A DNA stretch of 64,000 bases, from assembly GCA_963662795.1 (NCBI GenBank), contig OY759746.1:320001-384000 (forward strand), read 5' to 3'. The notes beneath the pieces are model-generated. The model was given only the letters and a program-made list of their open reading frames with translations. It searched no databases and had not been told where the DNA came from. Shown here piece by piece: positions 12,984 to 22,418 of this stretch; the stretch's first letter is position 1; each line of letters opens with the position of its first letter. This stretch comes from Spirochaetia bacterium (GTDB taxonomy: Bacteria > Spirochaetota > Spirochaetia > CADAEX01). The position numbers were made by a program, and so were the translations under genes.

Positions 12984-13454
12984 ATGAGCGAAAGAAGAAA
13001 CAGATTAAAAATAATAAAAAAACTCATAAAAGAAAACAAGATAGAAAGCCAGGAAAAGCTTCTTGAACTTTTAAACAGCCATAATATCTGCGTGACCCAG
13101 GCCACCCTTTCAAGGGATCTCAAGCTTTTAAAGGTAAGCAGGGTCGCTGACGCCAATAATGGTTATTATTACACACTTATTGAAGATGAGGCGCAAAAAG
13201 TTTCTGAAGAAAGATATATCAAGGATTTAAACAGAGGATTTCTATCAATCAATTTTTCAGGTAATATCGCTGTGGTAAGGACCTTTTCGGCGCATGCCAA
13301 CACGGTAGCCATCGCCCTGGATAATCTGGAGATGGAAGACATAATCGGCACTATCGCCGGCGATGATACTGTACTTGTTATAATGAAGGAAGGACTTTCT
13401 TCATCAGATTTTTTAAGAGCCTTGAGAGAAAGGTTTCCCGGGCTCGATATTTAA
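12984..13454 (+). CDS. argR: Arginine repressor
   Basis: VTQATLSRDL and GTIAGDDT motifs. Confidence 0.96.
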   Translation: MSERRNRLKIIKKLIKENKIESQEKLLELLNSHNICVTQATLSRDLKLLKVSRVADANNGYYYTLIEDEAQKVSEERYIKDLNRGFLSINFSGNIAVVRTFSAHANTVAIALDNLEMEDIIGTIAGDDTVLVIMKEGLSSSDFLRALRERFPGLDI

Positions 13455-13522
13455 GCCCCGGATTTTAAAAAATCCGGGATAAAGTGCCCTTAAGGCATTT
13501 TACTGCATAAAAGGAGAAAACA

Positions 13523-14560
13523 ATGAAAGCAGCAATACTGGGTATTTCCGGCTATACCGGAATGGTTTTACTGAGATTACTCTCTGAACATCCTGACATC
13601 GGTGAGATAATTCCCGTCTCTTCATCAAAAGCAGGGGATAAAATACTTTCAACTGATCCTGGAATAGGAAAAGCAGTTATGGAGAAAACAGCTGCATCAG
13701 ACGGGTGCATGGTCGATATGGCACATGCAGTAAGCAGAAAACCGGATGTTGTGCTTGCCGCTCTCCCGCATCTTGCGTCAGCCGCTTTCTGCGACCCGTT
13801 TTACGGCAAGTCGGTTGTAATAGATCTTTCCGCGGACTTAAGGATAAAGGACCACGATCTTTTTATGAAAGCGTATAAAACAGCTCCTCCCAGGCCGGAA
13901 ATCCTTAAAAAAGCGGCATACGGGCTTTGCGAAATTTACGAAAAAGACATTAAAAATTCAGATGTGATTGCCAATCCCGGCTGCTACCCAACATGCACAC
14001 TGCTGCCCATACTGCCTCTGGCTGAAAAAGGGGTAATACAGGGAAAAATAATAACCAATGCGCTCTCAGGTATATCAGGCGCGGGAAAAAAAGCGACTAT
14101 CGGCAATCTTTACGTTGAAAGGACGGAAAACACCTGCGCGTACCTGCCGGGGAAAACTCACAGGCACTTTACAGAGATAAAAAAAGAGATAGCGTCTTTC
14201 GACAGTTCGCTTGAGATTTACTTTACGCCCCACCTTGTTCCGCTTAAAAGAGGGATGCACGCCGCAAGCGTAGTAGAACTTAAAAGCGGTGTAAGCGCGG
14301 AAAAAATCGACAGCATATTTGCCGAATACTACTCGGAGAAACCATTTATCATGCTGAAAGGAAGCGCACTGCCTGAATCGCGCGATGTCTGGGGCTCGAA
14401 CAGGTGCGATATCGGCTGGCAGGTACAGGGGAACATGCTCTTCCTGTTTTCAGTGATTGACAATCTTGTAAAAGGGGCATCCGGACAGGCTGTTCAGAAC
14501 ATGAACATCAGGTTCGGCCTTAAAGAGAGCGCCGGACTTAAAATGTACGGGGAGCTTTAG
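13523..14560 (+). CDS. argC: N-acetyl-gamma-glutamyl-phosphate reductase
   Basis: GISGYTG, ALPH, ANPGCYPT and DNLVKGASGQAVQNMN motifs. Confidence 0.97.
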   Translation: MKAAILGISGYTGMVLLRLLSEHPDIGEIIPVSSSKAGDKILSTDPGIGKAVMEKTAASDGCMVDMAHAVSRKPDVVLAALPHLASAAFCDPFYGKSVVIDLSADLRIKDHDLFMKAYKTAPPRPEILKKAAYGLCEIYEKDIKNSDVIANPGCYPTCTLLPILPLAEKGVIQGKIITNALSGISGAGKKATIGNLYVERTENTCAYLPGKTHRHFTEIKKEIASFDSSLEIYFTPHLVPLKRGMHAASVVELKSGVSAEKIDSIFAEYYSEKPFIMLKGSALPESRDVWGSNRCDIGWQVQGNMLFLFSVIDNLVKGASGQAVQNMNIRFGLKESAGLKMYGEL

Positions 14561-14572
14561 GAGATCCGGGAA

Positions 14573-15352
14573 ATGACAGAGGAAAACGGAAAGAAAATAA
14601 TTGTAATCAAGACCGGCGGAAAGGCTGCGTCCGGAAAGCAGGAGATGGCCTGTCTTTTCCGGGAGATGAAGCAGCTTGAAGGAAAATACAGCTTTGTTTT
14701 TGTGCACGGCGGAGGAGCCGAGGTCACAAGGGTGAGTAAAATCTTCGGCCTTGAAGCAAAATTCAAAGACGGGATAAGGCTTACAACACCGGATGAGATG
14801 GAAATAGTCGACATGGTTTTATCCGGAAGGATGAACAAGGAGATTGTGAGGCTCGCGAACAGCTGCGGGGTACTCTCCGCCGGGTTAAGCGGAAGCGACG
14901 GTCTTCTTTTCACCGGAAAAGAGGCGGGTGAAAATACGCTGACCGGCAGGATAACAGAGGTAAGGCCTCTCATTATCAGAGTGCTGCTTGAAAACAGCTT
15001 CATACCTGTAATCTCATCAACCTCGATGACGGCAGGCGGAACCGCTCTTAATATAAACGCTGACGAGGCAGCCCTTGAAATCGCGTCTGCTCTGAATGCG
15101 GAGAAGCTTTTTTTTATTTCAGATATACCGGGCGTGATGAAAGAAGGGGACGTAATAAACATTCTTACAGAAAAACAGGCGCTTGATGAAATATCAGCAG
15201 GTGTAATATCAGGGGGAATGATCCCCAAGGTAAAATCTTCAATCGCGGCCCTTAAAAAGGGGGTCGGGTCGATTATCATAGGTGAATACTGCGGAAACGG
15301 CGATCTCGCATCAATTCTTGAAGGGAAAAAAGGGACAGGCATAATTCTTTAA
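14573..15352 (+). CDS. argB: Acetylglutamate kinase
   Basis: KTGG, VHGGG, NINAD and GGMIPK motifs. Confidence 0.95.
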   Translation: MTEENGKKIIVIKTGGKAASGKQEMACLFREMKQLEGKYSFVFVHGGGAEVTRVSKIFGLEAKFKDGIRLTTPDEMEIVDMVLSGRMNKEIVRLANSCGVLSAGLSGSDGLLFTGKEAGENTLTGRITEVRPLIIRVLLENSFIPVISSTSMTAGGTALNINADEAALEIASALNAEKLFFISDIPGVMKEGDVINILTEKQALDEISAGVISGGMIPKVKSSIAALKKGVGSIIIGEYCGNGDLASILEGKKGTGIIL

Positions 15353-15383
15353 TCCTGTCACATAAATACGGAGGTAAAAACAA

Positions 15384-16595
15384 ATGGTCAAACAGTCTAA
15401 AGCGCACAAAGTGCCTTTCGCTAAAAATTACGCATCGGAATTTCTTGTATTCGAAAAAGGGGAAGGCGTTTATCTATACGACCCGACAGGTAAAAAATAT
15501 GTTGACTTCGGATCGGGCATAGCTGTCAACGCCCTCGGACACGGCAGAAGTGATCTTGCAGATATCGCCTGCAGCCAGATGAAAAAGGTAATCCACACAT
15601 CAAACCTTTTTACGTCAGAACCTTCAGTTTTTCTTGCCGAGAAGCTGGTCGCTCTTGGTAATTTTGACGCGGTTCATTTCGGCAACAGCGGCGCTGAGGC
15701 AAACGAAGCTGCCGTTAAATACTCAAAGCTCTATTCTTTTAATAAAAAAGGGACGGGAAACCATAAAATTCTCGCGCTTGTTTCAGGTTTTCACGGAAGG
15801 ACTATCGGCGCACTTTCATGCACATATAATCCTGCCTACAAGACCCCTTTCGAGCCGCTGATGCCGGGAGTTGAATTTACCCCGCTTAATGATGTAAAAG
15901 CGCTTGAGGCAAAGCTGGACAGCACATTCGCGGGCGTTATTGTCGAAGTACTTCAGGGAGAAGGAGGGCTTCAGATGATGAGCAGGGAATTTGCCGAAGC
16001 CTTAAACCGCCTCTGCAGAAAACACGATGTAATACTGATAGCAGACGAGGTACAGACAGGCCTTGGAAGGACCGGATGGCCATTCGCTTCAGCTTCCGTC
16101 GGTCTTAACCCGGATATCATATCGCTTGCAAAGCCTCTTGCAGGAGGGCTCCCCCTTTCAGCAACCCTTATCCCTGCAAAAATAAACGAACTGATAAAAG
16201 TTGGAGACCACGGCACAACTTTCGGAGGCGGACCTGTAACCTGCGCCGTAGCCGGGAAGGTGCTTGATATAATTTTAAATCCCGATTTTCTTGCCAACGT
16301 AAGAAAACAGGGAGAATATCTTGCGAAAAAACTTAAAAACCTTGCAGGGAAAATCAGCTTTATCGGCGAGACAAGGGGAACAGGGCTGCTTCAGGGTATA
16401 GAAATAAAACAGCCTGAAAATTACAAGGGTGATCTTATAAAATCTGTTATTTCAAAATGCGAGGATAACGGGCTTATAGTCCTTAAATCGGGGAAAACAA
16501 TTGTAAGGATTGCCCCTCCTCTTATTATTGACGAAAAACAGATTGACGAGGGAATAGCGATACTTGAGAAAACACTTGAAAGTTTTGGAATCTGA
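15384..16595 (+). CDS. argD: Acetylornithine aminotransferase
   Basis: Class III aminotransferase (NSGAEANE, FHGRT, DEVQTGLGRTG, AKPLAGG) inside the arg operon. Confidence 0.93.
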   Translation: MVKQSKAHKVPFAKNYASEFLVFEKGEGVYLYDPTGKKYVDFGSGIAVNALGHGRSDLADIACSQMKKVIHTSNLFTSEPSVFLAEKLVALGNFDAVHFGNSGAEANEAAVKYSKLYSFNKKGTGNHKILALVSGFHGRTIGALSCTYNPAYKTPFEPLMPGVEFTPLNDVKALEAKLDSTFAGVIVEVLQGEGGLQMMSREFAEALNRLCRKHDVILIADEVQTGLGRTGWPFASASVGLNPDIISLAKPLAGGLPLSATLIPAKINELIKVGDHGTTFGGGPVTCAVAGKVLDIILNPDFLANVRKQGEYLAKKLKNLAGKISFIGETRGTGLLQGIEIKQPENYKGDLIKSVISKCEDNGLIVLKSGKTIVRIAPPLIIDEKQIDEGIAILEKTLESFGI

Positions 16596-16662
16596 GACTT
16601 TCAGAAGTTATACGGAATTGATTATACAGAAATAAAATATCCGGATTAATAAGGAGAAAAAT

Positions 16663-17943
16663 ATGGCGGAAAAAAGCGAAAATAAAATAAAAAAAATAGC
16701 ACTTGCCTATTCAGGCGGGCTTGATACATCAATCATTATCCCGTGGCTCAAAGAGCACTACCCCGGATCCGAGGTTGTGTGTGTCTGCACCAATGTGGGG
16801 CAGAAAGAGGACTGGGACAAAATTGAGGAAAAAGCCATCAAATCAGGCGCTTCAAAGATCTATGTTGAGGATATAAAAGAAGAATTCGTAAAAGACTACA
16901 TCTTCCCGATGATACGCGCAGGCGCGATCTACGAAGGGAAATATCTTCTCGGGACATCGATCGCCCGGCCGGTTCAGGCAAAAAGACAGGTAGAGATCGC
17001 GTTAAAGGAAAACGCCGACGCCCTGGCTCACGGATGCACAGGAAAGGGGAACGACCAGGTAAGGTTTGAGCTTACATACAAGGCCCTGGCACCCCACCTT
17101 AAAGTCATAGCTCCATGGAGGGTCTGGGACATCAACTCAAGGGAAGCGGCTATTGAATACGCGGAAAAACACAATATACCGCTCGGAAATATTACAAAAA
17201 AGAATATCTACTCGAGGGATGAGAATATCTGGCACACAAGCCATGAAGGGGGAGAACTTGAAGACCCATGGCAGACACCCCCGGAAGGGATTTACCAGAG
17301 GACTTCATCTCTTGAATCAGCCCCCGACAAGGCGGAAGAGGTTATTATTGATATTGAAAAAGGATATCCTACAGCGCTTAACGGAAAGAAATTCTCCCCC
17401 TATGACTTTATCGACAAGCTTAACAAAATAGCAGGGCCCCACAGCATAGGAAGGGCCGATATTGTTGAGACAAGAACAGTAGGGATGAAAAGCCACGGGG
17501 TATATGAAACACCGGCTGGAACTGTACTCAACAAGGCTTTGCAGGAACTCGAGATGATAACGCTTGACAACGATACGCTCCACTATAAACAGCTGATGGC
17601 AATTAAATACTCTGAGCTTATCTATACAGGTAAATGGTTTACACCCCTTAGGGAGGCGATGGAAGCTTTCATGGAAGAAAGCAGCCGCTACCTTACAGGA
17701 ACAGTAAGGCTTTACCTTTACAAGGGAAATGTACTAATCGGCGGAAGGAAGTCGCCTTATTCCCTGTATATCGAAGACTTAGCTTCATTCGGCAAGAGCA
17801 GCTACAACCAGCAGGACGCTACAGGGTTTATCAACCTATTCGGCCTTTCTACCGGGGTTACAGCCATAGTACACAACAAGATAACGCAGAATACAGGGCA
17901 GGTAAAAGACATTAAAAAGATAGCTTCGATTCACGAAGAGTAA
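16663..17943 (+). CDS. argG: Argininosuccinate synthase
   Basis: LAYSGGLDTS and HGCTGKGNDQVRFE motifs. Confidence 0.98.
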   Translation: MAEKSENKIKKIALAYSGGLDTSIIIPWLKEHYPGSEVVCVCTNVGQKEDWDKIEEKAIKSGASKIYVEDIKEEFVKDYIFPMIRAGAIYEGKYLLGTSIARPVQAKRQVEIALKENADALAHGCTGKGNDQVRFELTYKALAPHLKVIAPWRVWDINSREAAIEYAEKHNIPLGNITKKNIYSRDENIWHTSHEGGELEDPWQTPPEGIYQRTSSLESAPDKAEEVIIDIEKGYPTALNGKKFSPYDFIDKLNKIAGPHSIGRADIVETRTVGMKSHGVYETPAGTVLNKALQELEMITLDNDTLHYKQLMAIKYSELIYTGKWFTPLREAMEAFMEESSRYLTGTVRLYLYKGNVLIGGRKSPYSLYIEDLASFGKSSYNQQDATGFINLFGLSTGVTAIVHNKITQNTGQVKDIKKIASIHEE

Positions 17944-17956
17944 GAAGAGCTGCAGT

Positions 17957-18424
17957 ATGAATGATAAATTTACAGTCCGGCCGGCAACGGTTAAAGACAT
18001 AAACAGGATTTTCGAACTCACAAACCAGATGGCGGAAAAGGGGCTGATGCTTACGAGAAGCAAGTATAAAATCATCACAATACTGCAGAATTTTCTGATT
18101 GCGGCTGATGAAAATGATTACGCAATAGGCTGCGGCGCTTTTTCGCTTCTATGGAGCGACCTTGGCGAAATTATGGCTCTGGCCGTCGACCCGCTGTGGC
18201 AGAAAAAAGGAGTCGGCAGGGAACTTGTTTCCGCCCTGATATCAAAAGGCACATTTCTAAAAGTGCCCGAGATTATTGTGCTTACATACCAGGTGGAATT
18301 CTTCAGGGAACTTGGATTCACCCTTACAGACAAGGACAAATTCCCCAGAAAACTATGGAGAGAGTGCCTTGAATGCCCAAAGCTTGAAAAATGCGATGAA
18401 ACAGCGATGCACATGTTTCTCTGA
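17957..18424 (+). CDS. argA: Short GNAT-type amino-acid N-acetyltransferase (ArgA-like N-acetylglutamate synthase)
   Basis: GNAT fold (LAVDP..QKKGVG), PRKLWRECLECPK..CDE motif typical of short ArgA, last gene of the arg operon. Confidence 0.8.
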   Translation: MNDKFTVRPATVKDINRIFELTNQMAEKGLMLTRSKYKIITILQNFLIAADENDYAIGCGAFSLLWSDLGEIMALAVDPLWQKKGVGRELVSALISKGTFLKVPEIIVLTYQVEFFRELGFTLTDKDKFPRKLWRECLECPKLEKCDETAMHMFL

Positions 18425-18431
18425 TACATTT

Positions 18432-18465
18432 GCCGGCCTTAACGCACAGAAGGCCGGCCTTTTTT
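18432..18465 (+). terminator. Intrinsic terminator of the arg operon
   Basis: GCCGGCCTT...AAGGCCGGC stem followed by a T-run. Confidence 0.8.
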
Positions 18466-18518
18466 AATAAATGCAAACTTTCATTCTCTCTGTTATAATT
18501 ACAGATGAGGAGAAAATA

Positions 18519-20096
18519 ATGGAAGTAAAATTTAAAAACCTTAACAATACAGATTCCTTTAAAAAACTCAGATTATTGTCAGTCCCTGACATCAAAAAAA
18601 TCATAACACCCGGCAGGGTATCATCATTCAGCATTAAAGCAGGAAATGGTATTGATTATAACTATTCCGCAAAAAGCGCAGACGCCTCCGTGCTTGCGGC
18701 GCTGCAGATGCTCTCTGATGAGCAGCAGACTATACCCAAATACAAAAAAGTCCTCTCCGGAGAAATAATGAATAAAGGGGAAAAAAGAATGGTGCTCCAC
18801 CATTATACCCGCGGAACATTCGGAATCGAGGGCAGGGAAGTAAAAGAAAGGGGAGATTTCTATAAGACTGAAATAAGGAGAGTTTCTGATTTCGCTGATA
18901 AAATACACAGGGGGGTCATAAAGGGATCAACCGGCGCAAAATTCGATACTGCTGTCCAGATAGGAATCGGCGGTTCAGATCTCGGTCCGAGGGCTTTATA
19001 TCTTGCCCTTAAAGGTTATATGGCATCTGAAGGGAGAACTCCTTTTTTATACTGCGACTTTATCTCAAATGTGGACCCTGATGACGCGGCCGATGTAATT
19101 AACCGCATAAATCCGGAAACCACCCTTTTCATTCTCGTATCAAAGAGCGGAACTACCCAGGAGACGCTGGCGAACTGTTATCTGGTCAAAAATCTTGTAA
19201 AAAAATTCTCACCTGTAACAGATATATCAAAACACATGATAGCTGTTACTTCAAAAGAAAGCCCTATGGCATCCTCGCCTGATTTCCTTGACTCCTTTTA
19301 CATAGATGATTTTATAGGCGGCAGGTATTCATCAACAAGCGCTGTCGGGGGAGTTGCCTTAAGCCTTGCGTTCGGCGGAGAGGTTTTTCAGGACCTTCTT
19401 GACGGAGCTCATGAAAGCGATATGAAAGCGCTTGAAAATGATATAACAAAAAACTCTTCCCTGCTCGATGCCATGCTTGGAATTTATGAGAGGAACATAC
19501 TCGGTTACACAGCGGAAGCAATACTCCCTTACAGCCAGGCCCTTTCCCGGTTTCCCGCGCATCTGCAGCAGCTGATGATGGAAAGCAACGGTAAAAGCGT
19601 CAGCGTAAACGGAGACAGACTTGACTATGCCACCTGCCCTGTTATTTTCGGGGAACCTGGAACAAACGGACAGCATTCCTTTTACCAGCAGCTCCACCAG
19701 GGAACAGACATTGTCTCTCTTAAATTCATCGGGTTCAAAAAATCCCAGCAGCTTCTTGACGCTCAATACGAAGGGAGCAGCTGCCAGAGAAAACTCAACG
19801 CCAATCTTGCGGCTCAGATTACAGCATTTGCTCAGGGCCAGAATGATGAAAATCCCAATAAATTTTTTGCCGGCGGAAGGCCGTCCGACCTTATTGCGGG
19901 GGAAAGGCTTACTCCCCCGTCTCTCGGCTCACTTCTTGCGCACTATGAAAACAGGACCATGTTTCAGGGATTTATCTGGAATATCAACTCATTCGACCAG
20001 GAAGGGGTGCAGCTTGGAAAAAAACTTGCGGGGAAAGTGCTTGGAGGGAATTCCGGCAACAGTGTGCTTGATGCCTACAGCGCTTTGCTTGGTTAG
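18519..20096 (+). CDS. pgi: Glucose-6-phosphate isomerase
   Basis: GIGGSDLGP, SKSGTTQET, GGRYS, MESNGK, GTNGQHSFYQ and FDQEGVQLGK motifs; ATG 18519 after GAGGAG. Confidence 0.96.
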   Translation: MEVKFKNLNNTDSFKKLRLLSVPDIKKIITPGRVSSFSIKAGNGIDYNYSAKSADASVLAALQMLSDEQQTIPKYKKVLSGEIMNKGEKRMVLHHYTRGTFGIEGREVKERGDFYKTEIRRVSDFADKIHRGVIKGSTGAKFDTAVQIGIGGSDLGPRALYLALKGYMASEGRTPFLYCDFISNVDPDDAADVINRINPETTLFILVSKSGTTQETLANCYLVKNLVKKFSPVTDISKHMIAVTSKESPMASSPDFLDSFYIDDFIGGRYSSTSAVGGVALSLAFGGEVFQDLLDGAHESDMKALENDITKNSSLLDAMLGIYERNILGYTAEAILPYSQALSRFPAHLQQLMMESNGKSVSVNGDRLDYATCPVIFGEPGTNGQHSFYQQLHQGTDIVSLKFIGFKKSQQLLDAQYEGSSCQRKLNANLAAQITAFAQGQNDENPNKFFAGGRPSDLIAGERLTPPSLGSLLAHYENRTMFQGFIWNINSFDQEGVQLGKKLAGKVLGGNSGNSVLDAYSALLG

Positions 20097-20140
20097 ACTG
20101 ATGCAGCGGTCAGGAATAATGTCTTGATATAACTTAAGTG

Positions 20141-20252
20141 AAAAAAAACCCCCGCCGGAAAAAGGAGGAAAACCGGTCGGGGGATATGCATAAAGGAGGT
20201 ATTATGAAAAAGTTCACACTTTTATAAACTAAACAAATCACCTATTAATTAG
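20141..20252 (-). ncRNA. Candidate small RNA with two anti-SD (CCUCCU) hairpin loops and its own terminator
   Basis: TATAAT (minus strand, 20264-20259); hairpin CAUAA-UACCUCCU-UUAUG; terminator CCCCCGACCGG-UUUUCCUCCUUUUU-CCGGCGGGGG followed by U8. Confidence 0.55.
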
Positions 20253-20331
20253 TTACATATTATAATAAAAAAATAAATTTTGATTTAAACAATTGATTTT
20301 TTCACCAACACTATTTAAATTCCAGTTATAC

Positions 20332-21294
20332 ATGGTAGAACTTGAAAAAGAAATCATAGGAAGCTGGTTTGAAATCAGGTCCAATATAGAAAATATTGGC
20401 AATCTCCGCGATTATTTTAAACTTTCAGACGAGGATTTAAAGAAAACAGCAATAAAACTCAAAGCCTCAATAGAGGGCGGCATTACAGAATATAAAAAAT
20501 CTGAGATTAAATCTGTTTTTAATCTTATTGCATCTCTTGATTATGATACAAGTTCACTTCATCTGATAAAAGAAACAGCAAATAATATCAACAACCTGAC
20601 TTATGTAATACTGATACAGAGGCTTATCTCAAAAAAAGCTGTTAAATTAAGAGCTCCCCAGAAAGATGAAGCGGAAAAAGATATTGAAAAAGAAAATTTA
20701 AGGAAATACAGCCTTTCAGAGATTGTTGAAATCATCAAAGAGGTACAGGAACTGGTAAAAAAGGATCCTCGTCTAAAGTCAAACAAAAATGTAATAAATA
20801 TTTTAGTACAGGTGAGCAAGTATAAAAGGGAAAATGAAACCATGAAAAAGATTCTTCCCAATATCCCTGCCGAAAAGATAGAAATAATCAGGCTTAACTA
20901 CTCAAAAACCTTAAATGAAATAATATCAAAAATCCTGGGCAGTTACAAAGCTCTTACAACTGAGGACAAACTTATTGAGGGGAAAAAAGAGCAGAACAAG
21001 CATATACTTGAAACCTACGATATTTCCATTGCCGCAGAACTTCTTAAAAAACAGGCAGAAACTTCAGACAGGATCAGGACTACGTTAAATTACGCAGACA
21101 GGGAAAAATTCAGGATACTTGAAATAATCCAGACAATCAAACAGCATGAGAAAAGCCTTAACGGATCATTTACCATCGAAGAAAAACACTATTACAACAT
21201 GGCATTATCAGAAGCCGGGAAAAGGGAAATAAGCAGGCAGTTCTGCCTTGAAATAATTAAAATACTTGAAAAACACGCAGAAAACCCCATATAA
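20332..21294 (+). CDS. Hypothetical helical/coiled-coil protein
   Basis: Long open frame, Lys/Glu/Ile-rich; likely start ATG 20332 (ORF track 20293); no recognised motif. Confidence 0.75.
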   Translation: MVELEKEIIGSWFEIRSNIENIGNLRDYFKLSDEDLKKTAIKLKASIEGGITEYKKSEIKSVFNLIASLDYDTSSLHLIKETANNINNLTYVILIQRLISKKAVKLRAPQKDEAEKDIEKENLRKYSLSEIVEIIKEVQELVKKDPRLKSNKNVINILVQVSKYKRENETMKKILPNIPAEKIEIIRLNYSKTLNEIISKILGSYKALTTEDKLIEGKKEQNKHILETYDISIAAELLKKQAETSDRIRTTLNYADREKFRILEIIQTIKQHEKSLNGSFTIEEKHYYNMALSEAGKREISRQFCLEIIKILEKHAENPI

Positions 21295-21299
21295 GAAAA

Positions 21300-21716
21300 C
21301 TACTGAAACATATAAATAATACCGGAGATCTCAAGACCGTAATAGATTGTAATAATCATAAGTATCAGTGTTGAATATCCTGAAATACGGTGTATCATCT
21401 TCATCCTTTTTTTATTTTTTACCTTGACTATACTCAGGCCCGCGAGAGGGGTAAGGATAAGGAGAATCCCTGTGAAAGCTCCAAAAACCGCATGACGTGA
21501 TGTAAAATGCACCCCGTTGAAAATCTGCACCATTATTAATGCGATAACCAGCGCTGAAAAACCGGATAATCCCGCGTATATCCCAAGATATTTGTGTGTT
21601 TTATACCGCCATTTCATTTTTTTATAAACAAGGGAGATAAAGATTCCTGACGCAAGCGCAAGAAAAGAGGAACTCATTAAAACAGCATGTATTTTCCAGA
21701 GAATTTCATAAACCAT
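21300..21716 (-). CDS. Four-TM membrane protein, cytochrome b561-like
   Basis: Four hydrophobic segments with spaced His residues (IHAVLM, THKYLG, HAVFG, IHRISG); GGAGG SD. Confidence 0.65.
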   Translation of the reverse strand: MVYEILWKIHAVLMSSSFLALASGIFISLVYKKMKWRYKTHKYLGIYAGLSGFSALVIALIMVQIFNGVHFTSRHAVFGAFTGILLILTPLAGLSIVKVKNKKRMKMIHRISGYSTLILMIITIYYGLEISGIIYMFQ

Positions 21717-21805
21717 GATTCACCTCCTGTGCAATAAACGGTAAAATCATATATAAACAATAAGAGAAGAAAAACTTCCGGTCAAGAAATTTAAGGAGAT
21801 ATAAT

Positions 21806-22414
21806 TTGAACAGCATAACAATTGGAGACAGAAGGGTTTTTCCTTCAAAAATAATATGTGTCGGCAGAAATTATACAGATCATATTGAGGAACTGGGGAA
21901 TGAAATACCTGAAGATATTGTAATCTTTATCAAGCCCGGCTCTGCTGTTTCATCAAAACTGATTTCATTTCACGAAGAGCAGATCCACTATGAAGGGGAA
22001 ATATCTTTTTTATATGAAAATGGCCGTTTTTCAGCGGCGGGGTTCGGACTTGATCTTACAAAAAGAGAGCTGCAGGGGAAACTGAAAGCTAAAGGGCTTC
22101 CCTGGGAAAGGGCAAAGGCTTTTGATAATTCCGCCCTCTTCTCCGGTTTTGTAAAAATTGAAAATACTGAGGATATTTCTCTTTTGCTTGAGATTAACGG
22201 CAATACTGTCCAGTCATCAGGCATAAGCTGTATGATATACAGGCCTGAGGTTATCCTTTCTGAAATAAAAAAATTCCTTACGCTTATTGACGGTGATATT
22301 GTAATGACAGGGACGCCAAAGGGGGTCGGCATAATAAAAAAGGGGGATTTGTTCAAAGGTACCCTGAAAAAAGGAGATAAGGAATTAATCTCAGCTCAAT
22401 GGAAAGCACAATAG
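21806..22414 (+). CDS. Fumarylacetoacetate hydrolase family protein
   Basis: KIICVGRNY, HYEGE, GLPWERAKAFD and MTGTPKGVG motifs. Confidence 0.92.
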   Translation: MNSITIGDRRVFPSKIICVGRNYTDHIEELGNEIPEDIVIFIKPGSAVSSKLISFHEEQIHYEGEISFLYENGRFSAAGFGLDLTKRELQGKLKAKGLPWERAKAFDNSALFSGFVKIENTEDISLLLEINGNTVQSSGISCMIYRPEVILSEIKKFLTLIDGDIVMTGTPKGVGIIKKGDLFKGTLKKGDKELISAQWKAQ

Positions 22415-22418
22415 TATT

